Shown here piece by piece: positions 37,020 to 49,830 of a DNA stretch of 64,000 nucleotides (within the stretch, counting starts at the first letter, position 1; every line of letters begins with the position of its first letter). Both the position numbers and the translations under genes were made by a program. The stretch covers positions 2,790,001-2,854,000 of the forward strand of contig NW_027361723.1 of NCBI RefSeq assembly GCF_039654945.1. The letters run 5' to 3'. This DNA is from Dendrobates tinctorius (Eukaryota). Below the pieces are notes generated by a model, which did not search any database, was not told the origin of the DNA, and saw nothing but the letters and a program-made list of their open reading frames with translations.

Positions 37020-38960
37020 GCTTATAATTTAGATAATATCTGTTGCTCTGATTTTTAGTCTTATGCTTAATGTTCTTCTGATTTTTGTTCTGCTTTTTGT
37101 TCTTCTGCTTCTTGGTCTTCTGTCTCTTGTTGTTCTGTATCTTGGTGGTTGTCTTCATGTTCTTTGTCCTCTTGGTCATCTTCTTCAGGGTCATCTTTTT
37201 GGTCTTGTTTGGGGTGGTCTTCATGGTGGTCGTCTTCAGGGTTGTCATCTTTGGGGTCGTCGTCTTCTTCGGGGTGGTCTTCAGGGTCGTCGTCTTCAGG
37301 ATCATCGTCTTCGGGGTTTTCCTCTTCTTCGAGGTGGTCTTCAGGGTTGTCGTTTCAGGGTCATCGTCAGGGAGATCCAGATTGATTACCAAAAACCATT
37401 TCAAAAAGCTTGAACTTGGAAATGTAGCAGAAGGTACAAGAAGGCTGAGGAACTGCGGAGAACCAGCTGACAGTACTGGAACCCGGATGGGAAGCAGAAG
37501 GAACAAGAGCCATTGGCACTACCGAGGACCAGCTGATGGTACTGGAACCCGGTTACTAAGCAGGAGGTACCTGTGCTAGAAAGCACTACCAAGGACCAGC
37601 AGACGTTGCTGGATCTCGGATACTGAAAAGGAGGCACCTAAGCCAAAAGGCACGGCCGAGAACCAGCTGACGGTGCTGGAACACGGATGGGTAGCAGAAG
37701 CTACAAGAGCCAATGGAACTACCGAGGACCAACTGACGGTGCTGGAACCCGGAGGGGCAGCAGAAGGAACAAGAGCCAATGGCACTACCGAGGACCAGCT
37801 GATGTTACTGGAACCCGGTTACTAAGCAGGAGGTACTTGTGCCAGAAAGCACTAAAAAGGACCAGCAGACGTTGCTGGAACTTGGATACCGAGAAAGAGG
37901 CACCTAAGCTAAAGGCACTGCCGAGAACCAGCTGACGGTACTGGAACCCGGATGGGTAGCAGAAGGTACCCATGAAAAACAAAGTTGCAAGGCCTAGAGC
38001 CGGCCGCAGTTACCGAAACCCACAGTCCTACAGGGGGTGCTTGTCCTATTGGCACTACGGAACCAGCCTTTATTGACAGATCCCGCAGCCCACATAGGAA
38101 GCACCTAAACTGCAGGCAACATAGAGTCGGCTAACCCGACCGCAACACGACAGGACAACGTATTAGTGGCAAAGCGACGTTGACACTACCCGGAAACAGC
38201 CGGCGTGCTGGAACCAGGCTTGGTAGGAGAGAGTACCCGTGCCAAAGACACTGCCAGGAACCAGCTGGTGGTGCTGGAACCCAGGGTAAATACTACAAAC
38301 AGAGTGGAGACAGAGACCTAATTAGAGCAAGTTTAAAATCTGTAGTTGTGTGAGTGTGGACAGAGCAGGAGAAACTGCCGGACACACAGCTGGGGATCAG
38401 CTGACATTACAGAACCCCAATAACACTGGAGCATATGTTGACTGTGCAGACGGCACTTCTGAGCAGCAACTGGTGGTGTTGGAGCCCAGGGTCAATAGTA
38501 CAAACAGAGTGGAGGCAGAGGCCTATTTGGAGCAAGTTTAAAATCTGTAGTTGTGTGAGTGTGGACAGAGCAAGAGAAATTGCAGGACACACATCTGGGG
38601 ATCAGCTGACATTACAGAACCCCAATAACACTGGAGCATATGTTGACTGTGCAGACGGCACTTCTGAGCAGCTACTGGCGGTGTTGGAGCCCAGGGTTAA
38701 TACTACAAACATAGTGGAGCCAGAGGCCTAATTGGATCAAGATTAATATCTGTTGTAGACTACTACTGATTTTAAACTTGCTCCAATTAGGCCTCTGGCT
38801 CCACTCTAGTAGGGGAATGTGGACAGAGCAGGAGAAATTGCCGGACACACAGCTGGGGATCAGCTGACGTTACATAACCCCAGTAACACAGGAGCAAATG
38901 TTGATTGTGCAGATGGCACTTCTGAGCAGCAACTGGTGGTGTTGGAGCCCAGGGTAAATA
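37020..38960. repeat. Internal repeat arrays of hAT family 2 (TCTTC/GTC-rich ~15-bp repeats; ~60-bp accagctgacggtactggaacc units; ~210-bp units continuing 41024-41420)
   Basis: Direct inspection of recurring units. Confidence 0.8.
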
Positions 38961-41023
38961 ATATAAGATAATCCTTTAATCGTCCCACCATGGGGAAATT
39001 CAGAGCATTACAGCAGCAAGGCAGGAACAAGTACAGATACAGATGCATAAAGGCATTACATTGACAGTAGGTAGGTACATAAACGGAAAAAAAAAAAAAA
39101 AAAGATATAACCGGACTATCACAACTTTTGGATCTATCAGTTCACTGTTTGGGTCGTTCTCCGTTTTGGACAGTGCTGGTTATACAGCCTAACTGCAGCA
39201 GGAAGGAAGGACTTTCGATAGTGCTCCCTCTCACATTTAGGATGAAGTAGCCGTCACTGACAGTACTGCACATCTTTGTCACGGTCTCATGCATGGGATG
39301 GGAATCATTCTGCACCATGTAGCTCACCTTGGCCAGTATCCTCCTGTCGCCTACTTCCTGAACTGGATCAAGGGGGCATCCCAGGACAGAGCTGACCCTT
39401 CTAATCAGTTTGTCCAGCCTATTCCTGTCCCTAGTTGATATGCCACTACCCCAGCACGCCACACCAAAGAAGATGACTGATGCCACAACAGAGTTGAAGA
39501 AGGATGCAAGGAGTGCCCCCCCTAACTCCGAAGGCTCTCAGCCTTCTGAGCAGAAAAAGCCTACTTTGGCCCTTCCTGTACACTGCATCCAAGTGATGGG
39601 CCCAGTCAAGCTTATTATTGAGGATGACACCAAGGTACTTATAGGTGTCGACTATCTCAATGTCATTTCCCTGAATGTTCACCACTACTGGTGGATTTTT
39701 TCCCTTGCGAAAGTCCACAACCAATTCCTTGGTCTTCCCGGAATTAATCCTAAGGTGGTTCCTCTGACACCACTCCACAAAAGCTTGGTTAGTATCTCTG
39801 TACTCTCTTTCATCTCCTCCTGTGATGAGGCCTACTATTGCAGAGTCATCAGAACACTTCTGCAAGTAGCAGCTAGATGAGTTGCACTTAAAATTCGCAG
39901 TGTACAGTGTGAAGAGAAAAGGGGCAAGAACTGTACCTTGAGGTGCCCCTGTATTGCAGATCACCGTGTCTGACACACTGTCCCGAACCTTTACAAACTG
40001 AGGTCGGTTCGTGAGGTAGTTAAGGATCCAGGTGAAGAGTTGGAGGTCCACGCCAACAAGGCCCAGCTTGTCTCTCAGTAGACCTGGCTGCATGGTATTA
40101 AAAGCACTAGAGAAATCAAAGAACATTATTCTCACAGTGTTCCCAGGTTTCTCCAGGTGAGAGAGTCCTATCTAGAAGGTGGATAATGGCATCATCCACA
40201 GCAATGCCCAGCCTGTAGGCAAACTGGAGAGGGTCCATATCCGAGCTCACTAGAGGACGGAGACGTTTGAGAACCAATCTCTCTAGTACCTTCATCAGGT
40301 ATGAAGTCAATGCTACAGGTCTATAGTCATTAAGGTCTTTCGGATAAGGTTTCTTCGGAACTGGTACCACACACGAAAATTTCCACAGTTGTGGTACTAT
40401 ACCTATTCTCAGGCTCATATTGAACAGATATGTAATGATCTCACTCAGCTGGTGCCCGCAGGTTTTGATTAGCCTTGCACTGATGCCGTCAGGACCTGCA
40501 GCCTTCAAAACTTTGATCTTATCCAGTTCTTTTGCAACCTGGGTACTTGTGAAGAACAGACCCTGGCTCAATTGACAAGTTGCAGCAGGGGGGTGAGGTT
40601 ATTGTAGCAGAGAGGTGTGAATGAAATGCAGGGGCAGGAGCAGCCAGTGTGTGATTAAATCTGTTAAAGAATAGACTAAGTTCATTAAGCCCCTCTTTAT
40701 CTACAACCATCCTGGTGACAGTCTGTCTATGCCCAGTTATAGACTTTAGACCCTCCCAGACTTCATGAATCCTTTTCTGTGACAATTTCAGTTCAATCTT
40801 TCTCTTATAATTAGCCTTTCCCTGCCTGATTAGATTATTCAGATCTTTCTGCACCTCTCTCAGCCTGCCCTTGTCACCTGATCTGAAGGCCAACTTCTTC
40901 TCTTTGAGAAGAGCCTTTATTCCGGGGCTGATCGATGGTTTATTGTTAGAGAAGCACCTCACTACTTTTGTGGGTACCGTGTTGTCTACACGGAAATTAA
41001 TGTAGTCCGTTATACAATGTGTA
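38961..41023 (-). mobile_element. Rex1/Babar-type non-LTR retrotransposon, 5'-truncated, frameshifted, TSD TAAATA
   Basis: KAAGPDGIS, NDYRPVALTS, DPLQFAYR, FFDFSSAFNT, GAPQGTVLAPFLFTLYT and SDDSAIVG over four ORFs. TAAATA at 38955-38960 and 41024-41029. Confidence 0.9.
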
Positions 41024-41540
41024 TAAATACTAGAGACAGAGGCCTAATTGGAGCAAGTTTAAAATCAGTAGTAGTGTGAATGTGGACAGAGCAGGAGACA
41101 TTGCCGGACACACAGCAGGGGAGCAGCTGGAGTTACTGAACCCCACTAACACAGGAGCTAGTGTTTTTCTCTGTGCAGACGGCACTTCTGAGCAGCAACT
41201 GGCAGTGTTGGAGCCCAGGGTATATCAGGGTGTAGGCTGAGGCCTAATTGGAACAAGTTTAATATCTGATGCAGTGTGAATGTGGAGGGAGCAGGAGATG
41301 TTGCCGGACACACAGCAAGGGAGCAGCTGGCGTTACTGAACCCCACTAACACAGGAGCTAGTGTTTTTCTTTGTGCAGACTGCACTTCTGAGCAGCAAGT
41401 GGCGGTGTTGGAGCCCAGGGTCAATCAGTTCAGGTGGTAGAAACATGAACACAACAGGAGACCTGGATACTTTTGCCAACCAATTATTTAATCTGGAAGA
41501 GGACTGGCAAATTCCGGCGCTATCTAGGCCTTGCTCATTT

Positions 41541-44500
41541 TCAGAAAAGTAATCCCGTCAACGTTAGTCGCGTGCGACGGTCTGTTAGTACACCACCTGC
41601 GGCACTAAAGACACGTTCCGATAATACACTGGCAGCTGGGCAAGCCAGCACCTCCAATGCATACTGGCTAAGCTCTGGCCATGTATCCAGCTTAGAGACC
41701 CAAAACTTGAAGGGGGAAGAGCCGTCTGGGAGTACACTGACAGGGCAAGACAAGTAGTCTGTCACCATCTGACGGAAACGTTGCCTCCTGCTGACTGGAG
41801 CCGTCTGTAATGGTGTAGACATTTGTGGCGGACACACAAAACTTTGACACATTTGGGCCATACTGGTCTTGCCTTGTGCTGAGGCGCTGCCTCTGCTCCC
41901 TCTTCGTGCAGAGCTTCCTCCACTGCCTCGACGCACAGAGCTGCTTTGTAAAGCACTAGCAGCACTGCTCTCGGGTGGAATGGAGAACATGATGGAATGC
42001 ACCAGTGTGTCTTGGTATTCCCGCATTTTACGCTCCCGGTTCAACGTTGGTATGAGGGTTTGAAAGTTGTCCCGGTAGCGAGGATCTAGGAGGGTGTACA
42101 CCCAATAATCAGCCGCGTTGAGAATGTGGGCGATGCGGCGGTCGTTTCTCAGGCACTGCAGCATGAAATCAACCATGTGCTGCAGACTCCCAACTACCAA
42201 AGAACCGCTGTCCCCTGCTTGAGGCGTGATCTCTGCCTGCTCTGCATCACCCCACCCTCGCTGTACATACTGACTAGAGCTTTGTGTACCCCCCTCCTGT
42301 GGAGAGATGTCTTCCTCCTCCATCGACTCCTCCTCACAAAGTGTCCCCTGCCTAGGCCTTTGTGAGGAAACACGTAGGGCAGACTGTCCAGAAGCAGATG
42401 GCATTTGTGACTCCTCATCCTCCACCTCTTCCAAAACCTCCTCCCTTAGTGCTTGCAGTGTTTTTTGAAGCAGGCAGATAAGGGGGACAGTCATGCTGAC
42501 TAGTGCATCATCTGCACTCGCCATCCGCGTGGAATCATCGAAGGCACGCAAAACGAGGCAGATGTCCTTCATAGAGGCCCACTCAGTGGTGCTGAAGTGT
42601 GACCGGCGCACATTGCGACTTGTTTGCACCTGATGCAGCTGGTACTCCATGACTGCTGCCTGCTGCTCACACAACCGCTCCAACATATGTAACGTTGAAT
42701 TCCACCTAGTGGGTAGGTCACATATGATGCGATGTTCCGGAAGGCGTAATCGGCGCTGCAGAGATGCAATGCGCGATCTTGCCGTGCTGGAACGACGCAA
42801 GTGAGCGCACTCTATGCGGACCTTGTGCAGCAGTGCATCAAGATCCGGATAGTCCCTCAGAAAGCTCTGCACGACCAAGTTGAGCACATGTGCCAGACAT
42901 GGGATGTGAGTGAGGTTTCTTAGGCCAAGAGCTGCCACCAGATTTCGGCCATTGTCACACACTACCAAGCCCGGCTGGAGATTCGCTGGCACAAACCACA
43001 CGTCGCTCTCCTGCTTGATGGCATTCCAGAGCTCCTGCGCTGTGTGGCTTCGATTCCCCAAAGAAATTAATTTCAGTACGGCCTGTTGACGTTTGGCCGC
43101 GGCTGTGCTCATATCGGTCGTAACAGGCTCCTGCTGCGCTGTTTCAGAGGAACTAGAGTAGGAGGAGGAGTCAATATGAACAGACTGGATTCCTGCAATC
43201 CGTGGAGTTGGCAGAACACGTAGAATGCCACTCTCCAGATCTGTACCCGGCTCCTCAACATTGACCCAATGGGCAGTGAGGGAAAGGTATTGTCCCTGTC
43301 CATGGTTACTGGTCCACGCATCAGTGGTCAGGTGGACCTTGCTACTGACAGCGTTTAGTAGCGCATGTTTTATGTTTGCCTCCACATGTTTCTGCAGGGC
43401 AGGGACGGCTCGCCTGCTGAAATCAAAGCGGCTGGGCACAGTGTATTGTGGGACTGCCAATGCCATGAAGTCCCGGAAGGTGTCAGTCTCCACCAGCCTG
43501 AATGACAGCATTTCAAGGGCCAGTAGTTTGGCAATGCCAGCATTCAGAGCCTGTGCTCGGGGATGGTTTGCCGAGTATGGCCACCTTTTCTCCCATGCCT
43601 GTGCTACCGACGGCTGCCGAGTGGCCTGGGAGTGTGAGGATGACTTGGAACGTGGTGCTGTGGGTGGAATGTCACAGGGTCTCCGGACAACAGTGCCAGA
43701 GGTTCTTCCTTGGCGATCCTGTGAGTAAGTCAAACCAGCTGTGTGTGAGCTGGAGGAAGAGGCCCCAACACGAGCTGAAGAGGTGGTAGGTGCTGCTGTA
43801 CGTTGGCCTACGTCATCAGTGTGTCTATGTAACTCCACCTCGTGCTTGGTCCGCACATGTTTCCACATATTAGTGGTATTGAGGTTGCTGACAGTTTTCC
43901 CTCTTTTGACTCTCTGATGACACAGCTTGCATTTGACAAAGCAAATGTCATCTGCAACTGTGTCAAAAAAGGACCACGCACTGCAAGTCTTGGGAGCGCC
44001 CGTTATGCCTTTTGAAAGTGGAATGCTCCTAATGGGTGCCGAAGTGGAGGCTACAGGCAACCAAGTCTGCCCCCTCCCTCTCCCTCCGGTTTTGGCCTTT
44101 CGGGGAATCTCTTCCTCAGAGCTGCTCCCACCACCTTCCTGTTCCTCACGCCATGATGGGTCAAGGACCTCATCATCTACACTCCCCTCTTCAAACACCT
44201 GCTTCTCCTGGGTTGTCTCGCCAGCACCGTACGCACCAGAAAGTGGTAACTGAGTCTCGTCATCATCTGATGCGTACTGAGGTGTGCTGACCATAGGCAC
44301 TGGCCCACCCGCCTCTTCAGATTCAGAGGGACAAAGAAGTTGCGCATCACTGCATACTCCCTCTTCTCATTCTGGAATGCTGCTTGGCTGGCCCCCTCTT
44401 TCCAAACCAACAGATTCCGAGAACAGAAGTAGAGACTGTGATGGCTCCTGTCCAGGGCTCTCTGACTGCCTGGGCACGTTGGCAGGTGGTGAAGAGACAG

Positions 44501-44816
44501 ATGGTTGCTCTTTGATGCTTTGGCCCTGAGAGGATGTGGAAGTAATTGAAGTCGATGCGTTAGCTGCCATCCATCCGACAACGGCTTCAATTTGTTCCTC
44601 CCGTAGCAGTGGGGTACGGCGAGGTCCTACAAAACTGTGCGTAAAGGACTGTTGCCTGGTAAAACTGGGGGATGCTGACTCACTGGTGCCAGCAGCAGGC
44701 ACAGAATCCCCACGTCCTCTCCCTGCAGAATCCCCACGTCCTCTCTCTGCAGAATCCCCATGTCCTCTCCCTGCTGAAACTCCACGACCACGTGCCTTAC
44801 TCCCTGCCTTCTTCAT
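41541..44816 (-). pseudogene. hAT family 2 transposase (BED finger + DDE), disabled
   Basis: Starts MKKAGSK at 44816 with an in-frame TGA at 44367-44369. BED AWSFF..CKLC..KHVRTKH, LTTDAW, CDNG, CLAH, TRWNS, SERVFS. A small deletion frameshifts the last motif (NVD.ITFLKM is in another frame). Confidence 0.92.
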
Positions 44817-45259
44817 CTTGCTAGACTGAGAAAGATAGGCAGAAAAGTACAAAGGGGGGCCTAAGGCCTCTTTCACACATCAGGTTTTCGCCGTTAAGCG
44901 CGATCCGGCGCTTTTGACAGAAACCGGATCCGGCGAAATGCAATGCCGGATCCGGTTTCCCCCCCATTGACTTGCATTTGCGCCGGATCGTGCCGGATGG
45001 CCATGCGTTTCATCCGGTTTTCGCCGGATCCGGCAATGTGTCGCGATCCGGCGTCTGGAAAAAACGGCTACTGTAACGTTTTTTGTCTCCGGCGTAAAAG
45101 CCGGACACGCCGGATCCGGCGCGTCCGGCTTTTTCACACAATGAAAGCCTATGTGCGCCGCAATGCCGGATCCGGTTTTTTGGGTCTGAGCATGCTCAGT
45201 AGCTCTGCCCACAAGACATATATAAAAGCAAGACAGTGGGACCCACAGCCACACCCAAC

Positions 45260-47959
45260 ATGCCACCCAAGAAAGCAACCAAGCGCAGCAGGAGAAGGCA
45301 GGTGACCACTGCAGCACCATCAGCACCACCACCACCCCAAATGGAGCAGCAAATGGAACATGCTGAGGAGGGGAGGCCAGCAGCAGATGAGAGACGGTAA
45401 TTATCAAATCCCCCATTCCTCCAAACTAGGGCTATGGAATATCAAGATATTCATTGGCCCTTTGTTTCTCTTTATTCAACAGCCGCCCAATAGATGCAGC
45501 AGCAGCAGCAGCAGCAGCAGCAATGGCAGCAGGTGGAACACCACCCACAGGCATGGAGTCTGGCCACCAGGAAGACAGCACATCATCTTCTGGGAGCCCT
45601 CCCTCGCATCATCAGCGTTTGACGGTAAGTTTTTATTTCCAAAATCCATCATCTCTGTAATATATGTCTATTCATTGCCTTTTATTTCAAAACAGGATTC
45701 ACAAGATGAAGAGGAGCTCCCAGAAGAAGAAGGAAGGGGTGGGCAGACACTTGGAGTGGGCTCACAATTGGTAAGTTTTTTGCATCAAACGCAGAAACAC
45801 AACATCACACTACACACAACACATAGAAAACAATGTTCTGCAGACCACACACAGCAAACAAATGCCTACATCCAAAGACATAACATTTTTTGTTTTCTTC
45901 TCTAGTCTTCCCAATCTGGTGCTCGGCCAAGAGGTCCTCGCAGTGCCTCCCAGGGTCATCGGCGACAGCAACGCGGCGGTCACCAGCGTGTAAGTATAAA
46001 TATTTTTGCTTTGTTTTTTTGCACTTTTTATTTCATTTCTTTTGTGGAGGCTAATTATGTTATTTTTGTCTTTTTCTTTAACAGCCTTCACAGCGTGCTC
46101 CCGACTCTGACGGTGAGGATGGAGGACTCGATGTGGACCACCTCATCGATCTCGTCAGAGAAAGGGAGCCGCTCTGGAATATGGCTGACCGCCGCCACGC
46201 TGACCTTATCGTTACCCGACGACTCTGGGAGGAAATCTGTTCGCTCCTTGTGGACCGCTGGGAGGACCTCGATGCTCGGGCCAAGATTAAAGAGCGTAAG
46301 TATATACAGTACCGGTTGCTTGATGTAAACCAGTGTTTCCCGAACTCCAGTCCTCGTGGTCCCCACGGATCATGTGTTCAGGATTTCTATTTACTATGGA
46401 AATCCTGAAAACATGACCCCTGGGGACCATGAGGACTGGAGTTTGGGAAACACTGATGTTGTATACTAACCACTCCTTTCTCGTTTCAGGGAACAGAATT
46501 GTGAATCGGTGGCGGTCTGTGAGGGATCGTTTCAAGAAGGAGTTCAATAAAGAGATGCGGGCCCCGAGTGGATCTGGAGGACGCAGGAGCAAGTACAAGT
46601 CTGCAGAAGCCCTGTCGTTCCTCTGGGAAACAATGGTCACTAGAAGGTAAATATTACACACCACATGTGAAAAAAAATGTTAGATGTAAATTTTTTTTTT
46701 CAGCCAGGGCCATACCATGTCAGTATTTTAATAGTTTTTTTTTCTCTTTATTCCACAGCACGGTGAGCAGCACTCGGGAGCCTGCACGATTGGACCCTTC
46801 TGAGGAGATCCCTGAGGAGACCGGCACTGAGGGACACTTCGACCGCCCCGGTACATCTGCACCTTCCCAGCCTTCCCACACATTCGACCCATCTGTCCCA
46901 TCCACCAGCACAGGAGCATCGTGGCCGCCTACATTACATGAAGCTGCTGGTGAGGAGATCGCTTTCCCTTTACCCCACCCTTCTGCCCCTGCCACCTCTA
47001 GTACACCTGCGGGTACTGGGCGGCAGCGGCAGAGGGGTCAGGAAAAGACTTATGCGCCAGAGTTCTTGCATCTGAATGCATCTTTCCAGAACTGTCTAAA
47101 AGTCTTGTCAGAGCAAATCTCCGCAGGCTATCAGCAGATCAACTCCAGCATTCTGGAGGTGAAGACACTTCTGCAAACCATGCATTCAGAAGCAAGATCT
47201 TCGCCAAACCACACCTTTTTCAGGTCTGTTGTGGAGCGCATGGAAACGCTCTCTCCTGCCCAGCAGATGCATGTAATGCATTCATGCCACGCTGTTCTCC
47301 AGCAAGTTACCTCCCAACCTCCTCCTCCCACCACAGTAGTTCCTCCACCTGCACCCCCTCCAGCCACTTTCCATCCTCCCCCTCCTATTACATCTACACC
47401 CCCTCCAGCCACTTTCCATCCTCCCCCTCCTATTACATACCATCCACCTCCCCAGCACCATCCACCTCCCCAGCACCAGCAACCTCCCCAGCACCAGCAA
47501 CCTCCCCAGCACCAGCAACCTCCCCAGTACCAGCAACCTCCCCAGTACCAGCAACCTCCCCAGTACCTGCAAACTCCCCAGTACCAGCAACCTCCCCAGT
47601 ACCAGACATCTCCCCACTTCCAGCAACCTGCCCCGTACCAGACATCTCCCCACTTCCAGCAACCTGCCCCGTACGAGACATCTCCCCACTTCCAGCAACC
47701 TGCCCCGTACCAAACTCATTCCCCATACAACTTGCCATCAACATCATCTGCTCCTACAGTCCCTGCCCAACCCTCCACTCCACCACCCACCACCTCTTCT
47801 GCTTCCCACATGTCCACCCATTCTGTAGTTTTTTCCACACCTTCACCTCTAACTGTTCCTTCCCCACCACGATCCCAGTCCTCTCTCCACACTCCCAGTG
47901 TCGAAGTGTCCCGCAGCCCCTCCAGCAGTATTTCCACCACACACTACACAGATTTATAA
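45260..47959 (+). CDS. Harbinger MADF/Myb-SANT-like DNA-binding protein, 7 exons (45260-45396, 45483-45624, 45696-45770, 45906-45989, 46085-46295, 46490-46646, 46759-47959), 668 aa
   Basis: All introns are GT-AG with consistent phases and no stops. MADF tryptophans: LIDLVREREPLWN..RRLWEEI..NRWRSVRDRFKKE..ALSFL. P/Q-rich C-terminus. AATAAA at ~47972. Confidence 0.85.
46331..46455. mobile_element. 125-bp MITE in intron 5 of the MADF gene
   Basis: cagtgtttcccgaactccagtcctc ... gaggactggagtttgggaaacactg inverted repeats. Confidence 0.8.
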
Positions 47960-48447
47960 TGTGTGTATTTAAATAAAAATGACCAGTTTTATGGTTTCAA
48001 AGCTTTATTAAACAAGTTTATTAAAATTTTAAAAAAGTTTACTAAAAAAAACATTTTTCAATAAAAGTTAAATTATTTTACACTGGTTGTCTGTCATTTC
48101 TTTCTGCGGCGAAAAAGGTTAAATACAGGGTATTTAAAAGGTGAAATGGTATTCAAAACTAGGTATATAACTGTGGGTAAATTTTAGCTTTTTGCCACAG
48201 TTGTGTTCCTGGTTGTGTTTGAAGCAAAGTATTTCACCTAAAAAGTTGTGTTTATTGTTGGTGATTTCCTAACAATGTACACAACTTTTGTTAAAAGGTG
48301 AAATACTTTGCATAAAACACAACCAGGTACACACCTGTGGCCTAAAGCTAAAAATAGTAAGACCATGACAAGATAGCCAACTTTGGTTGGCAAAGGTATA
48401 TACTGTTGGTCCAGAAGGTACACAAGTTTGGTTAGGGCACAAATCTT

Positions 48448-49830
48448 TCACACTCTGTCATCCTGCCAGTGCACTCTGCCTTGAGGTGACATAAAGTATA
48501 TTGCAAAATTGTCCCTCATTACTGAAACCGTCACAGAACTTCTAGTGGTAATGTCATGGTAATCTTGCAAGGTGGTTTCTTCAGAGGTGTCCTCAATGGA
48601 AATGGGTTCCTTGCAGATAACAAAATTGTGGAGTACCACGCACGCTTTGATCACCTCGTCCACAGTTTCTGTCTTGAGGTTGATCGCAGTCAATAGGACC
48701 CGCCATTTGGCTGTCAGAATACCAAAGGTACATTCAACCATTCTTCTTGCTCTTGTGAGGTGGTAATTAAAAATGCGTTTTGGTCTTGTCAATCCTCTGC
48801 TAGAGTACGGTTTCAAAAGGTGTTCTGACAGCTGGAAGGCTTCATCCCCTACACAGACAAATGGCATAGGTGGACCAGATGTTTGCGGCAGCGGTCTAGG
48901 TGGTGGGAACTGGAAGGTGTTTCCATACAGTTTACGCCCCATGGCAGACAGTTTGAAAACTTGAGAGTCATTGGAGCGGCCATAGGCCCCAATATCAACC
49001 GCAATAAATTTGTATTCCGCGTCAGCGATGGCCATGAGGACAATTGAAAAATATTTCTTGTAATTGAAATATTCCGATCCCGATCCAGCTGGCTTTACAA
49101 TGCGGATATGTTTCCCGTCCACAGCGCCCAAGCAGTTTGGAAACTGACATATCTGTTGAAACTTGTCAGCAATTTCAATCCACCTCTCTGTTGTGGGCTC
49201 TGGTAAAAACTCTTCAGCTAAGGAGTCCCACAGTGCACGGCATGTGTACTTCACAATTCCAGATATGGTGGAAATCCCGAGTCTGTACTGGAAATGCAGT
49301 GACGAAAGGGATTCTCCAGTTGCAAGAAATCTGTGGGGAATTAAAAAACAATAAATTAGTTTTAAATCACAGCATTACATACCAAAACTGAGCTATAACA
49401 CTTGGAGATACAAACTACCACCAACAAGATTGCAGTGAAAGTGTGCTCTGATGCGATCACATCCAATAAATGTGGCTTACCTTAAAGTCACCATCAGACG
49501 CTCTGCGGGTGAAACAGAGAAGCGGCAATAGGTGTCCGCTTTTCTTATGAGGTGTGCAATGCGCTCCACCAAGTAATCAAAATTTTCCATTTTCATCCTA
49601 AGAAATCCAAAAAATTTCTCCGGGTTTCGTCGAAGGTCCATGCAGAGTGTAGAATAGACCCCACGCGTCATTCTCTTGGCTGTGATGGGGTGGATCCACA
49701 AACGTCGTCTACGATGCCTGATGCGCTGCTGTCTCGCTCTCTCCTTCTCCAGAACAATCACCCTCAAACGATTCGCCTCCGCTATAAAATCCGCCAAATT
49801 CTTCAAAATATTTCCAATCACAACATCCAT
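48448..49830 (-). CDS. Harbinger DDE transposase/nuclease (HARBI1/ALP1-like), 2 exons (49481-49830, 48448-49330), 410 aa
   Basis: Splicing AG|gtaag..cag|A joins ERLMVTLR-FLATGES. The GAVDGKHI, VGDEAF and RRMVECTFG triad is intact. Confidence 0.93.

Noticed and set aside
36934-37579. K/T-rich and V/F-rich ORFs
   Set aside because: Low-complexity repeats inside the hAT 3' region, open in several frames.
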